Shown here: positions 46,250 to 60,410 of the stretch, in pieces
Position numbering within the stretch: position 1 is the first letter of the stretch
Layout of the letters: each line of letters begins with the position of its first letter
NCBI RefSeq assembly: GCF_035084215.1
Contig: NC_090352.1
Coordinates: 27,652,001-27,716,000 of the forward strand
Length of the DNA: 64,000 nt
Direction of reading: 5' to 3'
Source: Heptranchias perlo
Taxonomy: Eukaryota
Notes under the pieces: generated by a model
Seen by the model: only the letters and a program-made list of their open reading frames with translations
Told to the model about the DNA's origin: nothing
The model's database searches: none
Program-made: the position numbers and the translations under genes

Positions 46250-49200
46250 TACACAAACTGTACTAAAATTACTTTATTACAGTTGATTTTAACATCTCCT
46301 TTGTAACGATACAAAGGATAATTACAAACAAAATATTACATATGACCCTATTCTCTTTCTCTGACACTTGGTAACAGCTTAACTTCACAATCTATACAAT
46401 TAATACAGGTTATATGAGCTAATGTATGTTGAACCAGAAGTTACCAGAATACTGACATTTTTACTGTACAATTTTTAAAAGAAATACCAGTAAGTGAAGG
46501 AACTTACTGATAACCAGCTATGAATGGCTGGAATAACATATTGCTAAAAAATGATTAAAGCAGATTTGGTTGTTAAAAGTTAAAATTCAGATTTTTCTAC
46601 CATATATGTGCAAATAAAATTCAGAATTATGCCGAGAACAAAAAAAAACCCAAAATAGAACAGAAATGTAAAGATAAAAGTTGAAGAAGCTCAAACATGC
46701 TGTCTGATTTGTTAAAACCAGCCAGCTGCTCTCAGTTAGATTAGGTTATACATTCATGATGTGTTGTCTTCACCCCATGGGACTAGTGTTAAAACATTTT
46801 TAATGTTTATGTTAGAAATCTCATGTCTTTGTCACAATTCCTGCAAGCTATTTAAAATGTACAATATTAACATTTCTCACAGTCCCTCATTCATTACTAA
46901 TGCACATTAAACTATTTCTTTTGTTGCATACTAAAACAAAAGGGGTTCTGATAGTAGCATCGTTAGTAATGAACATCTGTATTTTAGTACAAATACCCTT
47001 TTCAAGTACTGTGTGGGTTTAGTGGTTTTCTTTAACCCTTTACACCATATAAATATCTTACTGCCAAGAAATTGTTAATAAAATTATGCATTTACAAGAT
47101 GTCAAGTCATTAGGCCATCTTTCATTATATGCACTCTATATTATATTTTTAAAAACTGGAACTGCGTTAATTTATTCAGAACCCCCAGTAAGAGCTGTGA
47201 TTTTTTTTTTGTTCAGAGCCAGCGACAACTATAGCAGGAGAAAAGGGATTTTGTATTACTAAGGACATTAGATTAGCTTACCAAACAGTATGTAGTCATT
47301 CCCTACCTCAACGGTGGGTAAAGCTCAGTACTACACGTTAACAGATTACTACTATACCATAATAACCTACTGTTGAATATTCCACAGATCTTAGCATTAG
47401 GTTGATCTTAGTGAGCTCCCTTTCCTCCTGTCCTGACTGCTGGGCAGTAGTATTGGCCAATCATTGTTCTTCTTGTAACAGTGAATCCAGATAAGGGGTA
47501 TTCCAAAGTTTAAGCAAAAGCTTATTGGGCGCAGTTTGGAAAACTGTACAATGGCTTGGATAGGCAGAGTTTGAAATAACAAATTTTAGGTCTGTGCCTA
47601 TTGCTGTTGGGTAATGATTGCAGCCAGACACTCATTTCTGTTTTTTTTCACCACCCCAACCTATTTCATTTCTTCATTCGTGACTGTTCATCATCACATT
47701 GCCCTCAGCTTGGAGTGCAGGTAAATGATCCATAGCATCACATTAGCCAATTGACTAATTGGAAATCCATATGTGGCTAACTGTATTTCTGATTAGTAAT
47801 TAAAAAATGAATAATAGACACCGTCGTTGGGCATGTGATCTCAATATTCATTCGCACGGCATCTGCATATGTACTTTAACCTTTTTATGTATTTGTTGGT
47901 AAAATGGTACGATGAGAAGCAGACTTTGAGAGTGTTTTTTGATTGTTGTGAGTGCTTCACTTCCTTGGTTACTGAATGGTGGTAGATAATTGTTAAGAAA
48001 ATATACACAAGTGAAGCACATTTATCTGCATTGTGTGAGCGTATGCAAGACGTTTTCTACTAAAATTAGATCATGCGGCTAAAATGGAGTCACCAATGCC
48101 ACGCCAGTGTCCAGTCAGCAATTTCTATTGGATGACAATGATCTACAGAATCAATCACAACCTTGTTCTTGTGTTCAAGAGCCATACAAGGGCTGCCTAA
48201 TGTTCCCACATAACAGCTTGTGTGAAAACTAACAAAGCTCATCACAACAATGCAGTAAAAAGAAACTGCAAATAATCAAGACTGTGACGTCACTGTCTAA
48301 ACTGCAATGTTACTATGCCACCCTTACACTGTAGCATTCTTAATTGGCAACTATATTGTCCCTTCAAAAACACTATTATCATCAAAGTCAATTACAAAAA
48401 GCAACACTGTTGGCACATTTTTTGATGCTTGCTTCTCAAAACAAATGACACGCATGGTAATTTGACAGTATTGTTAAGCTGCTTGCTTTCACTCTTGATG
48501 TCTTCATGGGCTTCTTCACCAGCTATCACCCTATCTTCTACCTAAAATGTGCACAATTGGTGTTATTTTGAGGAGTGTCATTTTGGGGTGGAGCATTCTA
48601 GTTCAGTGCAGGGTGGAGCATTCTAGTTCAGTGCAGTTTTTTTTACTATATGCATCCACATAAATTAATGGAAGAGAGTTCACTTTGGGCAAAAAAAGAG
48701 TTCAGTCTTTTTACCTGTCCCCAATGTAGGAGCTACCTGAACAGCAGGCTTGGATTGAAGAATGGGAGAATTTTAATTTTAACTTGAAGCTGATCTTGAG
48801 CAGTCAGACTTTGCCTCTTTTGAACTAATTACAAAATGGAGAACAAAGCAAGTTAATTAATAAATCAACCCTGACAGCAGCTAAAAGATAGGAAATCCAA
48901 CTGGATTATGGCATATTCAGACTAACTTCCATGTGGCTCGGGGAAACTTTCTTCTTTGCAAACCTACATAACTCAGCATCACACATTGATACTCAAATGG
49001 TTAAACATTGTAGCACACAGTTCTACAGGTTTAGGTTCCAAAGCAAAATTAGGGAGTAACTTGTATTGCTACTCATCTCACCATACACTATGATTGACAG
49101 TACATTTTTTTTCATTCAAAAACATATAATTATGTTTTTTTTAAGGAAGATTTCAAATTAATTCTTGGGACCCTCCTCCATTTTCAACTGTGCCTAAACT

Positions 49201-52200
49201 GTCACCTTAATTGCAATGTGGAAAGAAACTTTTCACAACCTTAGTATCAAATATGGTGATTTCCAAAGCTATAAAATATACTTTAAATCAATATCCTGTG
49301 ACAGAGTTGGGGGTTCAGACCGTTGGCACCTCAAGTGGTGAGTTGCCTACCTCAAAATTGAGTGGTCAGGAAGAGATGCTAAATGCTGACAAAATTAGAA
49401 TGTATGGGAGAGAGAAGGGGCACCAGGGATTGGAGAGGGTGTTTTTTTTTTGTAAATCATACTAAATGGTATGCAGAGCTATTTTAAATATAAACTTACA
49501 GAAGATTGAGGCAACCTAAATGTTCAGATAAATACAGCAAATTCAGGGGAGCTAACTTGAATTGTAATTAGACCATAGAAAATGTATTGTAAGTACTAGG
49601 GAAATAAAAGTAGTGCACACAAGAGTCCTGTACCACTTTTACACAATGAGTGAGTCTGATTGCGTAACAGACAAAGTTGGCATTTATGTCTAGTCAGGTT
49701 CAGAGTTGTATAAATATAGCCCCCCACCAAAGCCCATGTTGTATTCCATTTGTACAATGAAAGTGTGGATAAATGCCAGCAATTTGATTGCATAAATTGT
49801 TCAGTAATTGTAAGTTTTAGTGTGGGTATTCAACTCCACAGACCCAGAGCAGCAAACAGAATCCAGAGAAAGAATGTGATGTGCATCATTGCTGACATTC
49901 ATTGTTGATCCAGGAGTTGAAGTATCACACCAGTTATTGGGTCACTTTTATAAATGAATGAGCACAGAGCACTCATGGGATCTGAAACATTTTCAGTCAC
50001 TGTGCATAATAAATTTTACCACTGCCATTATAGTTATTTTCTACTGCATTCTTGCTCACTTAAGTTTCTAACTTTCATCCTATATCTGCTGCAGAGGTAG
50101 TATACGTGAGTAAAATGGAAGAACAAATGGATATATGACTCTTCATTCAGGTTGCTCTCAGTCTGCTAAAAAAATCACAGCCATTGATAGCACATGGCAC
50201 AATGTGTTGAATTTCAACGTGCTGTACGGTGCAATGACAGGTTGCCAGTGAATCTCTCCATGGTGAATTTCTGACCCCCATTGTGTAATCAGGGAGAGTG
50301 TTAGGTGGGAGCCAGTTATTTCTTACTTAGGGAGGGAAAAAGACAACTAAATAGGAGGTGAGTCACTCTGGCACACTCTCATGAGCCTCCTAGAAGCTGG
50401 TCACAGAGCAGCATTGGTAGAGGCATTAAGCAGATCACAAAACCAACTTTGTACAGCAGGCAAGATTCTCAAAAGGATTTGCGTCAAAAATTAACATTTG
50501 CAGATCTATAAATAAAAGTAGCCATAAGTAGATAATTTTTTAAAAAATTGGGACACTAAGTTTACTAAAATCATGGAAGCGACTGATAAATTAAGAAAAG
50601 CCTTTTGTAACAAATACTAAACCCGAACTATATTTAAAAATATAATTCACTATGGTAGAAGTTTTAAACTGTGGCTAAACTTTCACCTTAAATTCAATTT
50701 ACAAAATAAACATCTCAGCTTTAAGAAATATCAAAATTTCCATGTCTGGAAAAGAAGCTAAAAATCTGTGACAGAGTAGCAAGTTCTGGTTTTGGGCCAG
50801 TGATGCCTAAATGTTTTTTTCAAGTCTTCTTTCACAATGTAGCTAAAGAACAGAGGAGACTCCTCAAAGTCTTAACTCAATATTGTCCTCCAATGCGATA
50901 TGTTAGCTTAAGAGTCATTTAATCACTTAATCTCAAAGTCAGGAGCTAATGTAATAAAGATACTTGAACCAGTGAGGTTATCATGCCAGACCGTTTGCTC
51001 TCAAATATCAAAGTAGATAATACTGGGTGGGGTGTTATCAACTGCTGTTATCTAAGCAGTGTTGACTACAAGTCTACAATTTAGAAATCAGAGTTCCCAC
51101 CAGCAAAAATCATTCAAGCACCTTGCATATATGATCTAAGTGGGCACACTGTACCATCACTCAAATGCAAAGTTGAAAAATGTTCTGTTCTCTCCTTGTT
51201 CTTTCAATAAAATAATTATAATTTGCAATTACTTAGAAAAGGGTGCAGGCACCAATTTACTGGGCATGAATCTAGTATTAAAATGCCAAACTACACCCAA
51301 CAGCAGAAACAAACTGATCACATGGGGGGCGGGGAGGGGAATAATTCAAAACTTGCCAAAGTAACAATAAAGTTAAACACGTGAAAACACTTAACCAACC
51401 TGCCTCCCAACCCATATCAATGATTTTGGCAAAGTAATGACAACTAAAATTATTACGTGACAACTTATACAATGCAGCATGAAGTAACAAGTTAGATTAT
51501 TGGCAAGATTTAATGTCATCTTAGCATAAGTTTATACCAAAAGTAGTTTTTATATGGAATGCAGTATATACATGGAATTTTCTACTGCCCAGTCAGTCAG
51601 CACTGGAAGGAAGCAAAGCAAGCATAACCTTCAGGTGTATTTTCTTGTCTGCTTAACACATTTAAAACTTGTTACATTATACTACAGCGTAGTAATAGTG
51701 ATACATAGAATGCTAAAAAGTCATAGGCATGCTCACTGGTGCTAATAATGGCACTAAGTTCTTTTTTTTAGTTGACAGAACCTAAATTCAGTATAAAAAG
51801 TCAGGAACTAGGCCAGCAGCTCAGCAATTCCAATTTACTACATATTTACAGATACATACATTCTTCAATTTAAAAAAAAAATTCTGATGTAACCTGAATT
51901 TTAGGGAAGCTTTTTACTTACTGCAATGTTCTTTCTGGAGGGACAATAATGTTCACAGCATAGTGGCAATAGATTATTGTACAATTCATAGACCATGCAC
52001 AGTGTAAAATCCTTTTTGAGATGTGCCTAAGGTCAGAACACATTGTACAACAGCCTATTACAAAAACACTCTAATTTTTACTTATTAAAAAATAAAATTA
52101 TACTATCTGTATAATTTAAAAATAGTGTTTTGTATCGAAACTGTTTTAAGAACAATATATGTGGTTTTCAGTAATGGTAATGTGTTGTTAATTCTCATAT

Positions 52201-53254
52201 GTAGAGTTTAAAACTGCTTTCTATGATAGTTTGTAAACACCTCAAATTTGGAGCATGTTCTCCATGGTGCAGTATCACCATTTTTGAGCCACATAACATG
52301 CGCAGTGGGTGGTGGGAGGGTTTGCAAGGAGTATGCTGCGCGTAATGAATAAATCTAAAAATTATGGAGTGGGGAAAACCAAAACAGTTAGCAGAGGCAG
52401 TTTTGCTTTAATCTATTATTTGGCGATTTACTTATGGCATCACTGTTATGCTTTAGTTAAAATTAATATTCCTCCTATTAACTAGTGTCCATACTTTAGA
52501 CATGTTAGTGGCTAAATAATTCACAGATAATGTAGCGAAGGGTTAATGCCAGATGAGTAACTGACCTGTGTTCACTAAACAAATGCAGGTTTGCAGCTGT
52601 ACATAAATACCAAATGCTTGTACCAGACTTTAATTCGGTCCCACTTTCAAATACAGCCCAACTTCCAGTCTGTTCACTATATTCTCTCTCTGCTCAAAGA
52701 GTAGAATCTAAACGTCTTGTTTTTTCATATATACCTATTTCAGCAGATACATGCCTCAGGCAAACAAATATAACGTTGGTTAGCAGCTGGTGAGATTACT
52801 GGTTCAGCCCTTGAAAAAGTACAACGGTGTGATGGCCAGCAGAAACTAATGGCAACCAAAAATAATTTTTAAAAAGGAAAATTTCCAATGCACCAAATAA
52901 AGCCACAACTTGGAAAGTATGCTACTAAATTAGGACAAGAAAAGGGATGTCACTGTGTCGCACTGCCACCAGCTGGAGAGAACCAGGCTCAGCAAGAATT
53001 TTCTTTTGGCCTTCCTTCACATTTTTTCCCAAGGGCTGATCGAACAGATAATGTATGAAGTTTTGACAAATGAAAAAAAATCTGTATTAACATAAAAGAC
53101 CTGTTTTTCCTGAAAGGCTGGACAAACATGCCTGCACTTTGCATCCCAACCGCAGTACCAATAGAAGGCTTTCAAAATGATGCATAATGGGCGGTTTCTG
53201 CAGAGCATGGAGGCAAGACAGCAGTGACACAAATGTTCCCCCAACCTCTTAAAA
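46250..53254 (-). other. TAOK1: Putative ~7-kb TAOK1 3' UTR with distal AATAAA at 46273-46278
   Basis: Follows the TAOK1 stop; no recognisable transposon in 7 kb; U-rich on the minus strand; mammalian TAOK1 has a multi-kb 3' UTR. The end point is inferred. Confidence 0.6.
48586..48635. repeat. Exact 25-bp tandem duplication
   Basis: GGGTGGAGCATTCTAGTTCAGTGCA x2. Confidence 0.95.
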
Positions 53255-53716
<462 letters not shown>

Positions 53717-54603
53717 CTAGAAAAGGAAAATACAAATTATGGTACATTTGAAACTATAACCAGTTTAGCATTATGATATTTAATGCAACCCACAACCATC
53801 ATGATTTATGAGATTGACAGAATATCCTCTGCACAAAAGAAGTGATACAAAAAATATTGTCTATCTATTTTACAAATATTGACTGCAACAGTTTTTTCAA
53901 AATTAAATTTTATGTTTTACTAATATGCAACATAGGAAAATAATCCTACAACACTGATGTGTCCATCTGCTTATACGATTGATATAATTTATGGCCTCCA
54001 GATTGTCATGAACAGCTCAACAGAGTCCAAATATTTATTCTGCCTGACCCTGAACAGGAAGCAGTGCTGTAACAAATGCCATTATAATGCAGTTGCTAGT
54101 GCAGTACCAGTACCATCGGTTCAATGATAGAACCAGTAATACTGCCACCAACAAATATTTAGAGTACCAGTATGATACAGCTTCTCACATGTATGCTCAA
54201 ACACCTACTCTATTGCCAGTAAATTTTCTACTGACTAAAAAAAGTGACTGGGACAGCCAAGCTCTTTTGAATCAGAAAATGGAATGGTGGTACAGGAAGT
54301 AACTTAAGTTCAGGGGTTTAAAAGAAACATACTTTGTGCCAGCTGCAGTTATACTGTGGCTAATTAAAGGAGAACTGATACTAGACGTTCCTACTAGGAA
54401 GTCTTGGTTATGTTGACATGATGGCTATCAGGCTGGCATTGCATGCTGCAATTTTAGCTCCAACAGAAACCTCAGCATGGCACCATGAGTAAATTCAAGA
54501 TACTGCAACAAGTTCAATGCCTAGTTCTTACCTAGATCTGGATGAACAACAATGATCCTCGACCTCATGAGACTGTGAGCTGTGCATACACTCTTAACTG
54601 GTT

Positions 54604-56415
54604 ATAGAGTCATAGTCATAGAAGTTTACAACATGGAAACAGGCCCTTCGGCCCAACATGTCCATGTCGCCCAGTTTATACCACTAAGCTAGTCCCAATT
54701 GCCTGCACTTGGCCCATATCCCTCTCCCCATCTTACCCATGTAACTATCCAAATGCGTTTTAAAAGACAAAATTATACCCGCCTCTACTACTGCCTCTGG
54801 CAGCTCGTTCCAGACACTCACCACCCTTTGAGTGAAAAAATTGCCCCTCTGGACCTTTTTGTATCTCTCCCCTCTCACCTTAAATCTATGTCCCCTCGTT
54901 ATAGACTCCCCTACCTTTGGGAAAAGATTTTGACTATCGACCTGATCTATGCCCCTCATTATTTTATAGACTTCTATAAGATCACCCCTAAACCTCCTAC
55001 TCTCCAGGGAAAACAGTCCCAGTCTATCCAACCTCTCCCTATAAGTCAAACCATCAAGTCCCGGTAGCATCCTAGTAAATCTTTTCTGCACTCTTTCTAG
55101 TTTAATAATATCCTTTCTATAATAGGGTGACCAGAACTGTACACAGTATTCCAAGTGTGGCCTTAATAATGTCCTGTACAACTTCAACAAAAAATCCCAA
55201 CTCCTGCATTCAATGTTCTGACCAATGAAACCAAGCATGCCGAATGCCTTCTTCACCACCCTATCCACCTGTGACTCCACTTTCAAGGAGCTATGAACCT
55301 GTACTCCTAGATCTCTTTGTTCTATAACTCTCCCTAACGCCCTACCATTAACGGAATAGGTCCTGGCCCGATTTGATCTACCAAAATGCATCACCTCACA
55401 TTTATCTAAATTAAACTCCATCTGCCATTCATCGGCCCACTGGCCCAATTTATCAAGATCCCGTTGCAATCCTAGATAACCTTCTTCACTGTCCACAATG
55501 CCACCAATCTTGGTGTCATCTGCAAACTTACTAACCATGCCTCTTAAATTCTCATCCAAATCATTAATATAAATAACAAACAACAGCGGACCCAGCACCA
55601 ATCCCTGAGGCAAACCGCTGGTCACAGGCCTCCAGTTTGAAAAACAACCCTCTACAACCACCCTCTGTCTTCTGTCGTCAATCCAATTTTGTATCCAATT
55701 GGCTATCTCACCTTGGATCCCGTGAGATTTAACCTTATGTAACAACCTGCCATGCGGTACCTTGTCAAACGCTTTGCTAAAGTCCATGTAGACCACGTCT
55801 ACTGCACAGCCCTCATCTATCTTCTTGGTTACCCCTTCGAAATACTCAATCAAATTCGTGAGACATGATTTTCCTCTCACAAAACCATGCTGACTGTTCC
55901 TAATCAGTCCCTGCCTCTCCAAATGCCTGTAGATCCTGTCTCTCAGAATATCCTCTCACAACTTACCCACTACAGATGTCAGGCTCACCGGTCTGTAGTT
56001 CCCAGGCTTTTCCCTGCCGCCCTTCTTAAACAAAGGCACAACATTTGCTACCCTCCAATCTTCAGGCACCTCACCTGTAGCTGTCGATGATTCAAAAATC
56101 TTTGCTAGGGGACCCGCAATTTCCTCCCTAACCTCCCATAACGTCCTGGGATACATTTCATCAGGTCCCGGAGATTTATCTACCTTGATGCGCGTTAAGA
56201 CGTCCAGCACCTCCCTCTCTGTAATATGTACACTCCTCAAGACATCACTATTTATTTCCCCAAGTTCCCTAACATCCATGCCTTTCTCAACCGTAAATAC
56301 CGATGTGAAATATTCATTCAGGATCTCACCCATCTCTTGTGGTTCCGCACATAGATGACCTTGTTGATCCTTAAGAGGCCCTACTCTCTCCCTAGTTACT
56401 CTTTTGCCCTTTATG
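54604..56415 (-). mobile_element. Young CR1 LINE, 5'-truncated, near-complete RT domain, in the last TAOK1 intron
   Basis: KSPGPDEM, NYRPVSLTSVVGKL, QHGF, DFSKAFDKV, FADDTK; one internal stop at about 55956; (CTATGA)n tail. Confidence 0.97.
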
Positions 56416-57178
56416 TTGGTCATTTTATCGACATAACTGTTCAACTGGGAACCTCCAATCCAATCATCTATTCATAGCACTAAAATACCTGTGCCTAGCA
56501 TGCTCACATGCCTCTCAAATTCAGCTTCTGCAATGGTAACTCTATTGATGGATGTGTACTGACTTGGGTTTGGTTTTCAGTGTGCCCATTTCCAAAATGA
56601 AACTGGAGCAAAAGTGGTAAAAATAAAGTGTTAAGGAATCAAGACTGTTTTTGAAATAAATCTAAGAATAAAAGAAAACCTGCCTCTAGAGTCTAGCAAA
56701 TGTATTTCTAATTTATTGGAGCCGAGTTTTAGTTTTGTTTCAATTTTTTTTATATACAAGCGTTGTGGAATACTCTTCTTAAGTTATTGAGAGGATTTAC
56801 TCCGTTTCACATGCCCTTTCTCTTAAATAAGCTTTGAAAAGGACAATACAGAAGAGTTACTGATTACACTATGGTGTTCAAAGGCAGCATGTCTGTAGAT
56901 ACATTACTGGACGAAGAATTTCACCTAACAATCATTTATCAAATTAATGATGAGAAACTGCTCAAGCTTAGTAAAATTTTAGAAGATTTTAAAGCTACGA
57001 ATGACAACAGTGTTTACAGATGAATCAAGGAGATACACAAAGAGTTTGTAACAAAACCATTTTAATAGGAGTTAACTGGGTTAGTTTCACTTCTGAAGCT
57101 TGTTTAAAATATTAAACCATTTTTGAAGCTCCGGAGGTGACAAGTTATCATTCACAGACACATGGTGCTATGATGTAC

Positions 57179-57361
57179 CTTTTGTTCTAGTAAGGCTCTG
57201 CGTAGCGAGACTCTCTGCTCCAATTCCTTGCGCTCACGTTCATGCTGCGCTTCAGTCTGCATTTTTATTTTGCTCTGGTACGCGTTAAGCAGCTCAAGCT
57301 CCTGCTGCAACTGCATTTTCAGCACCTGACATTCAGCCTCCTGAGCTTCATCTAGGCGCAA
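57179..57361 (-). CDS. TAOK1: TAO kinase 1, penultimate coding exon (183 nt)
   Basis: [50 protein letters not shown]; acAG acceptor and GTACAT donor, phase 0/0. Confidence 0.97.
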
Positions 57362-59249
57362 CTGTAAAGTAGTTTTTAAAAAGGGAAAAAGAAAATAAAG
57401 AATTAATATTTGGAATTAAGACAGAATGACTGGTCAGATCTGATACAAGTGACTTCGAATGTACAAATGTAAGAGACGTATTATACCCTGACGTGATCGA
57501 CCTTGCTATAACATTACACTGTTCACTTTTGATTTCAAAAATGAAAAAGCCACAGCTTATTTATATTTATTAAAAATGAAATCAATGCCAGACAACACCA
57601 CTGATGTTGCATTATCTTGCAGGCTCAAGAGCAATTTCAAAATATAGTATCTGCAGGTTCCGCCTCAGTGACTTAGAAATGTGCTGTGTACTTGATCCTA
57701 TGAATTAATCTTCATGCTCAATTTCTGCTACATTAATTAGAAGCTATTGTTACAAATTTAAACTGATACAAACTTCACAAATTGGAGAAGATAGCCTCTG
57801 AAAAGAACACTTAACAGTACAAACATGATCTGGGAGAAGTGTCTACAGTAGCGCTAAATTCAATTCACAAATTTAGCTTTAAAACATCATTATACAGACA
57901 CAAGTATCACAATCTATGTACAATATGTTTGAGTGCTAACATAAATCAGAAACAATAAAAAAATTCTATGAATTACATAAGTATACAGACTGTAAACGTA
58001 AAGTCAAATAACACAATTTGGATCACCAATTCAAATGCAGAACTATCACATACGAATCCCTTTACCTCCAAGCTATCTGTTTTCTTTTAAAAAGTGGATA
58101 TAGTTGAAGACACTTTGAAATAGTACTGCCATCTACTAGTTATAAGCAACACTGACAGAAATCCACAAAGATCATTCAAAAAGTAAAATGTAAACTGCTA
58201 ACTTCATATACAGAATTGTCATCGTACACTGAAAGTCTTAGCAAAAAAAAATTACAGCATAATCACTAAGCTTGAAATACGTATTTCAGTTGTTAGATAC
58301 CCTACTTCCATAAAACCCAAATTGTAAAATTAATTAAATGTCCTTAAATGTTTTCAAGTCAGCTATTCCTAGGTACCATCTTTATAGTCAAAGAACCCAA
58401 GTATAGCATTAAATCACAAGCAGATATTTCCAAAGCCCATTTTTGAATCCCATGTCAATAAGCCCTCATCTATTTTTTGGAAACAAGACTGTAACTCTCA
58501 GCATGTCTTTTGTTTAATAAAAACTCTGATGAGATAACGTCACTTACGGTTAAGTTAAATCTGTACTCATGGACAGATGCATTCAGTTTACAATATGTCA
58601 TTTTCACGTGAACCAGGGGTTTGACACGAATTAAAATTTGGTGAAAACCCATAGATAGCTTATGTTGCTGAGCAACAGTTAGATAGGTGGCTCTGATTTT
58701 TGAAAAAAAATCCAGCATTTGATGAAAAGATGCCAGATAAGAAATCTGAGACAGCCCTAAAAGAATGTGTTACTGATCATGTCCATGATTCCCCACAATA
58801 GGTTCCTCATCTTGATAACACTATCAGGGGAATGGCCACTTCCCCAAAGGAGAGAAAGAGGCAGTGCAAGAAAAAATATGTACCCTGGATATTGAGTAGC
58901 CAATAACAGAGTGGGATTTGTGTCAGCAAATGATGTGAGGAATCAAGAGTGGCAGGATCAGTTCTGTATATCTTACAGCATTTATTTACACTATTACGAT
59001 ATTATACATTACAAACCCATGCATGTAGTTATTGTTGCTGTCAAAGTTCCTTGAGATACATTTCAAGAGTTTGCAATTTACTCCCAATTTATACAATTTT
59101 CAAAGTATTCACCCATCCTAATATTAGCTTCCTTGGGTTTCAGTTTTGACAGTCCTTTACCATCTTTGGGAAGGGAATTAAGTAGGAAATTTTGTTTCAC
59201 CCCTTTCCCCACTACAACATATGGTATGCACATCAAAAATGGTGGCATT

Positions 59250-59600
59250 AGAGAAAGAAAGACGGAACTTACGTACTTGTATTTAGAAAGCACATTCCAT
59301 GACTTCAGGATATCCCATAGCACTTTACAGCAAATAAATTACTTTTGAAGTGTGATTACGTGGTTTAGTAGATGAACATGGCAGCCAATTTGTGCACAGA
59401 AAGGTTCCACAAATAGGGAGGAGGTAAGTGACCATTTCATTTTATTTTGGTGCTGTTCGTTAGGGATGAATAGTGCCCAGGACACTAGGAGAACTCCCTG
59501 CTCTTTGAAAAGGTGCCATGGGATCTTCTGCATCTACCTGGACACATAGACAGGGCCTTGGTTTAACATTTCATCCAAAAGACAGATGAGACATTAAACT
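59250..59600 (-). mobile_element. Deu-SINE, diverged
   Basis: Reverse complement of the 1500-1830 motifs (GGCAGCCAATTTGTGCACAG, CAGGACAC-AGGAGAACTCCCTGCTCTT, GTGCCATGGGATCTT). Confidence 0.78.
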
Positions 59601-60410
59601 GGCATAACAAATAATCAGTTTTTTTGTTATTGACAGCAAGACTGTCCATTCACAGACTATGCCATTTTTCCTATTTGCAAGTGCTGCCCCTTTGCCCATT
59701 AGACTGAGGAGGTGGAAGCTTTAAGCTCCACTCTAGGAGTCATAATTTACAGAATGTTTGCACAGATTGGCTTTTGTGTTCAGGAAGTAGTAGCCCACTA
59801 TCTGGTTGAGCCTCTTTATTGAGGGATGCTGTAAATATGCAATGAATGGAGCAGAGTTCAAGTGCTATGCTTTGTTATGATCATTTGTTTGTCCATCATT
59901 ATAGCATTTCCTCAACAAAATGCAACTGAACAATCATCCCTTTATTGTTTAAATATCAGAAATTCATTCATCATTTTCCATTGGCAAATATTAACCTTTG
60001 AGCATAACAGCTCTGTTTAAAATATAAGTTTTTCCATTTTATTTACCAGTTACTAGAAATAGGATGCAGAGGTCTACTATTAAAATGCAAGTTAGAAAGA
60101 TCACTAGGTTCTGAGATTAACAAAAACTTATTCTAAAAGCTAGCAATTAAAAATTGAAAATAAAGAATGAGTATAAAAATGGGCATCGCTGCATATAATA
60201 CATTTCCATATTCTACTTGCAGCCAAACTCTGCCAACTCTTACGATAAAATTATATAACTTATTTTTTAAAATATCTGGCTAACTCATGTTCCTAAAATC
60301 CATATTAAATTGTGTGACCATCTGAACATTAATTTGCAAGAGGTGGCAGTGCCAAACCAAGGGTAATGCGCAGATTATGTCCAGGAAATAATCCAGGTTT
60401 TAAGGGTGTA

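Noticed and set aside
54684-55922. 412-aa reverse transcriptase ORF as a host gene or novel RT system
   Set aside because: Ordinary 5'-truncated CR1 ORF2 with an upstream stop and a typical CR1 tail
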